From the NCBI GenBank assembly GCA_964472335.1, contig CAYYJU010000013.1:1-17582 (forward strand): a stretch of 17,582 bases of DNA, read 5' to 3'. The DNA is from an uncultured Candidatus Saccharibacteria bacterium (GTDB lineage Bacteria; Patescibacteriota; Minisyncoccia; Phycocordibacterales; UBA9973). Position numbers and translations under genes: made by a program. Every line of letters begins with the position of its first letter. Position 1 is the first letter of the stretch. This document shows positions 16,286-17,582 of the stretch, piece by piece. The notes under the pieces were generated by a model. That model was given only the letters and a program-made list of their open reading frames with translations, did not search any database and was not told where the DNA came from.

Positions 16286-16819
16286 TTATTGTGTTACTGG
16301 TGTTTCCCCTGCTGGTGGGACGACTGGAGGTACAGGAGGAGTTTCATTTTTTGCTAATTCAATGATAGTAAAATCTTTTTGCTCAATTACTTTTGATACT
16401 TTTTGTTCCCCTAATACAGATTTTATAATATACACTTCTCCTTCTTTTGGTGCTGGTATTAGAGAAGCTATGACTACTTTATTTTCTCCGAGAAATAATC
16501 CGCTACCTAAAACTTTGTCTTTATCAGCTGTCTCTCCTTTTAATACCAAGGTCATAGTGAGTGGCTTGATTGCTTTCAAATCTTCGAGTAATTTCTTTTG
16601 ATCATTAGACAAAGCTGGAGTGCTCACAGTATTGGTGACGCTGGCTGGTACTACTTTTTCTACTGTCTCTCTGACTATCTGTGTGAGTGGCACAGTGACC
16701 GAACCTGGAGCTTGTTGCATCAAAGTCACAGTGGTTATACCTGTCGCAATAGAAGTGACAAACGATAGTAATACCGCTAGTAATATAAGCTGTGATTTAT
16801 TTAATTCCTTTATGTCCAT
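16286..16819 (-). CDS. Hypothetical membrane-anchored protein with a proline-rich C-terminus
   Basis: The 177-aa ORF has an ATG start and one N-terminal TM segment ([24 protein letters not shown]). A beta-rich segment follows, then the tail [19 protein letters not shown]. Its stop is 4 nt before the clpB ATG. Function unknown. Confidence 0.65.
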   Translation of the reverse strand: MDIKELNKSQLILLAVLLSFVTSIATGITTVTLMQQAPGSVTVPLTQIVRETVEKVVPASVTNTVSTPALSNDQKKLLEDLKAIKPLTMTLVLKGETADKDKVLGSGLFLGENKVVIASLIPAPKEGEVYIIKSVLGEQKVSKVIEQKDFTIIELAKNETPPVPPVVPPAGETPVTQ

Positions 16820-16825
16820 AGGTCA

Positions 16826-16854
16826 ATTATATCTCAAAATGACCTCAAAATCAA
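16826..16854 (-). promoter_or_regulatory. Putative sigma70-type promoter placed for a leaderless transcript of the 177-aa gene and clpB
   Basis: The minus strand reads TTGATT (16854-16849), a 17-nt spacer, then consensus TATAAT (16831-16826), followed by 6 nt (tgacct) and the ATG at 16819. The expected transcription start falls on or next to the A of the start codon. Confidence 0.5.
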
Positions 16855-16856
16855 AA

Positions 16857-17582
16857 TCAGGCTTTTGCAGAATAACCTTTCTCTTTTTCTTGTTCCAATG
16901 TAGATATTTCTTCTTCTAAGTCTTGTGGAATTTCATCAAATAGTTTACTTGGAATTACGACATCATAAACTTTATATTTTTCATTTAGACCTGAATTCTT
17001 TAAAAAATCCAAATAAGATTTCTCTAGATCCAGAGCAATTGGATTAGCCCAGTTTGACCAATAGCCATTTAGACCGGGCTCTTTTTTAAAGTTTTCTTTC
17101 CAAGGTGCAAGCTCTTCACTGTTTTCCAATCTTTCCATTTCAGCTTTATAGTCGTCCACTGGTCCATCTTCTCCTTTCCATTTTTCTACATGCATAACAT
17201 GTGGCACTTCGCTATTTTCCTTAATCGCCCAATATAAATCTTGCCACCTAGACATGGCATGTTTTGCTTTTTGAAATTTTTTGGCTTCATCTAACTTAGC
17301 TTGAAGTCCTTCTTTGGTTTCTAATTTACTTTTTGATTCTGCTTGCGTATTCAGAGCTTCTGCGTGAGTTTTCCCGGCCATCCTAGTATGGGCATAAGAC
17401 ATGGACCCCGGTGTATGCGTCAGCTCTCCTTGTTGTTTATTTAATTCAGCTTGAATTCTAAGAGCCTCTCCTCCTGTCATACCTTCTGGTAATTTATCAC
17501 TAGAATAACCATTCGCTTCACGCCAAGATTTATCTCTAGTAGCTAATTCATCTACGGTCATCTGACCCCCAGCAACTTCTGC
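16857..17582 (-). CDS. Hypothetical soluble protein, possibly the C-terminal part of a longer ORF running off the window
   Basis: The track ORF starts at ATG 17561, but the frame stays open upstream to the window edge (..AEVAGGQ-MTVDEL..), so the true start may lie outside. The protein is charged, helical-looking and Trp-rich (SRWQDLYWAIKEN, GYWSNWANP). It has a TGA stop and no motif I recognise. Confidence 0.6.
   Translation of the reverse strand, partial: AEVAGGQMTVDELATRDKSWREANGYSSDKLPEGMTGGEALRIQAELNKQQGELTHTPGSMSYAHTRMAGKTHAEALNTQAESKSKLETKEGLQAKLDEAKKFQKAKHAMSRWQDLYWAIKENSEVPHVMHVEKWKGEDGPVDDYKAEMERLENSEELAPWKENFKKEPGLNGYWSNWANPIALDLEKSYLDFLKNSGLNEKYKVYDVVIPSKLFDEIPQDLEEEISTLEQEKEKGYSAKA

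Noticed and set aside
16820-16856. CIRCE (HrcA) or CtsR heat-shock operators upstream of the clpB operon.
   Set aside because: There is no TTAGCACTC-N9-GAGTGCTAA-like sequence and no tandem GGTCAAA direct repeat. Only the AGGTCA-N14-TGACCT inverted repeat, reported separately, is present.
149-16919. All plus-strand ORFs in the supplied track: 149-400, 1200-1514, 1812-2009, 2006-2215, 4530-4712, 4657-4866, 5350-5610, 5895-6131, 7622-7897, 8617-8859, 8819-9031, 10497-10685, 10704-10886, 11354-11563, 11673-11858, 12892-13107, 14783-15196, 15461-15871, 16272-16601 and 16620-16919.
   Set aside because: Each lies antisense to a minus-strand gene that has strong family signatures or is much longer. 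Their translations are low-complexity (runs of S, F, L, I) as expected for shadow frames in AT-rich DNA, and none shows a recognisable motif. ORF 149-400 is antisense to rpsM/rpmJ, and 5895-6131 merely spans repeat copy A.
1-17582. Possible alternative genetic code (UGA recoding, as in some candidate phyla).
   Set aside because: All long conserved genes are intact under the standard code with no in-frame TGA, and one ORF (16857-17582) ends at a TGA. Code 11 is adequate.

Overview
AT-rich, very gene-dense 17.6-kb window. Every gene I can support is on the minus strand: 17 CDS (one cut by the left edge, one still open at the right edge) and one tRNA-Tyr. Two of the CDS, rpsM and rpmJ, are missing from the supplied ORF track and were found by reading the reverse strand at 1-488. 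Most of the content is core housekeeping: rpsM, rpmJ, infA, alaS, mnmA, mltG, typA, uppS, acyP, clpB and tRNA-Tyr(GTA). These are mixed with lineage-specific hypothetical proteins, several of them membrane proteins. Several traits fit a streamlined genome such as a Patescibacteria/CPR-type bacterium under the standard code, though this placement is inference only: 1-7 nt gene junctions, an AlaRS that stops right after the editing domain, an orphan sigma region-4 + HARE-HTH protein, and promoters placed for leaderless mRNAs. I see no transposase, integrase, CRISPR array, toxin-antitoxin or recognisable defence genes. The most unusual signal is inside mnmA. Two copies of a ~95-105 bp imperfect palindrome share an identical 45-bp core, lie 498 bp (166 codons) apart in the same orientation, and are both read through in frame. 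Their hairpin arms differ between copies but stay self-complementary through compensatory changes. This resembles in-frame palindromic insertion elements such as the Rickettsia RPEs. Lesser points are a tRNA whose CCA end lies 3 nt from the next start codon, three sigma70-like promoters (two placed for leaderless or near-leaderless mRNAs), and several uncharacterised proteins.
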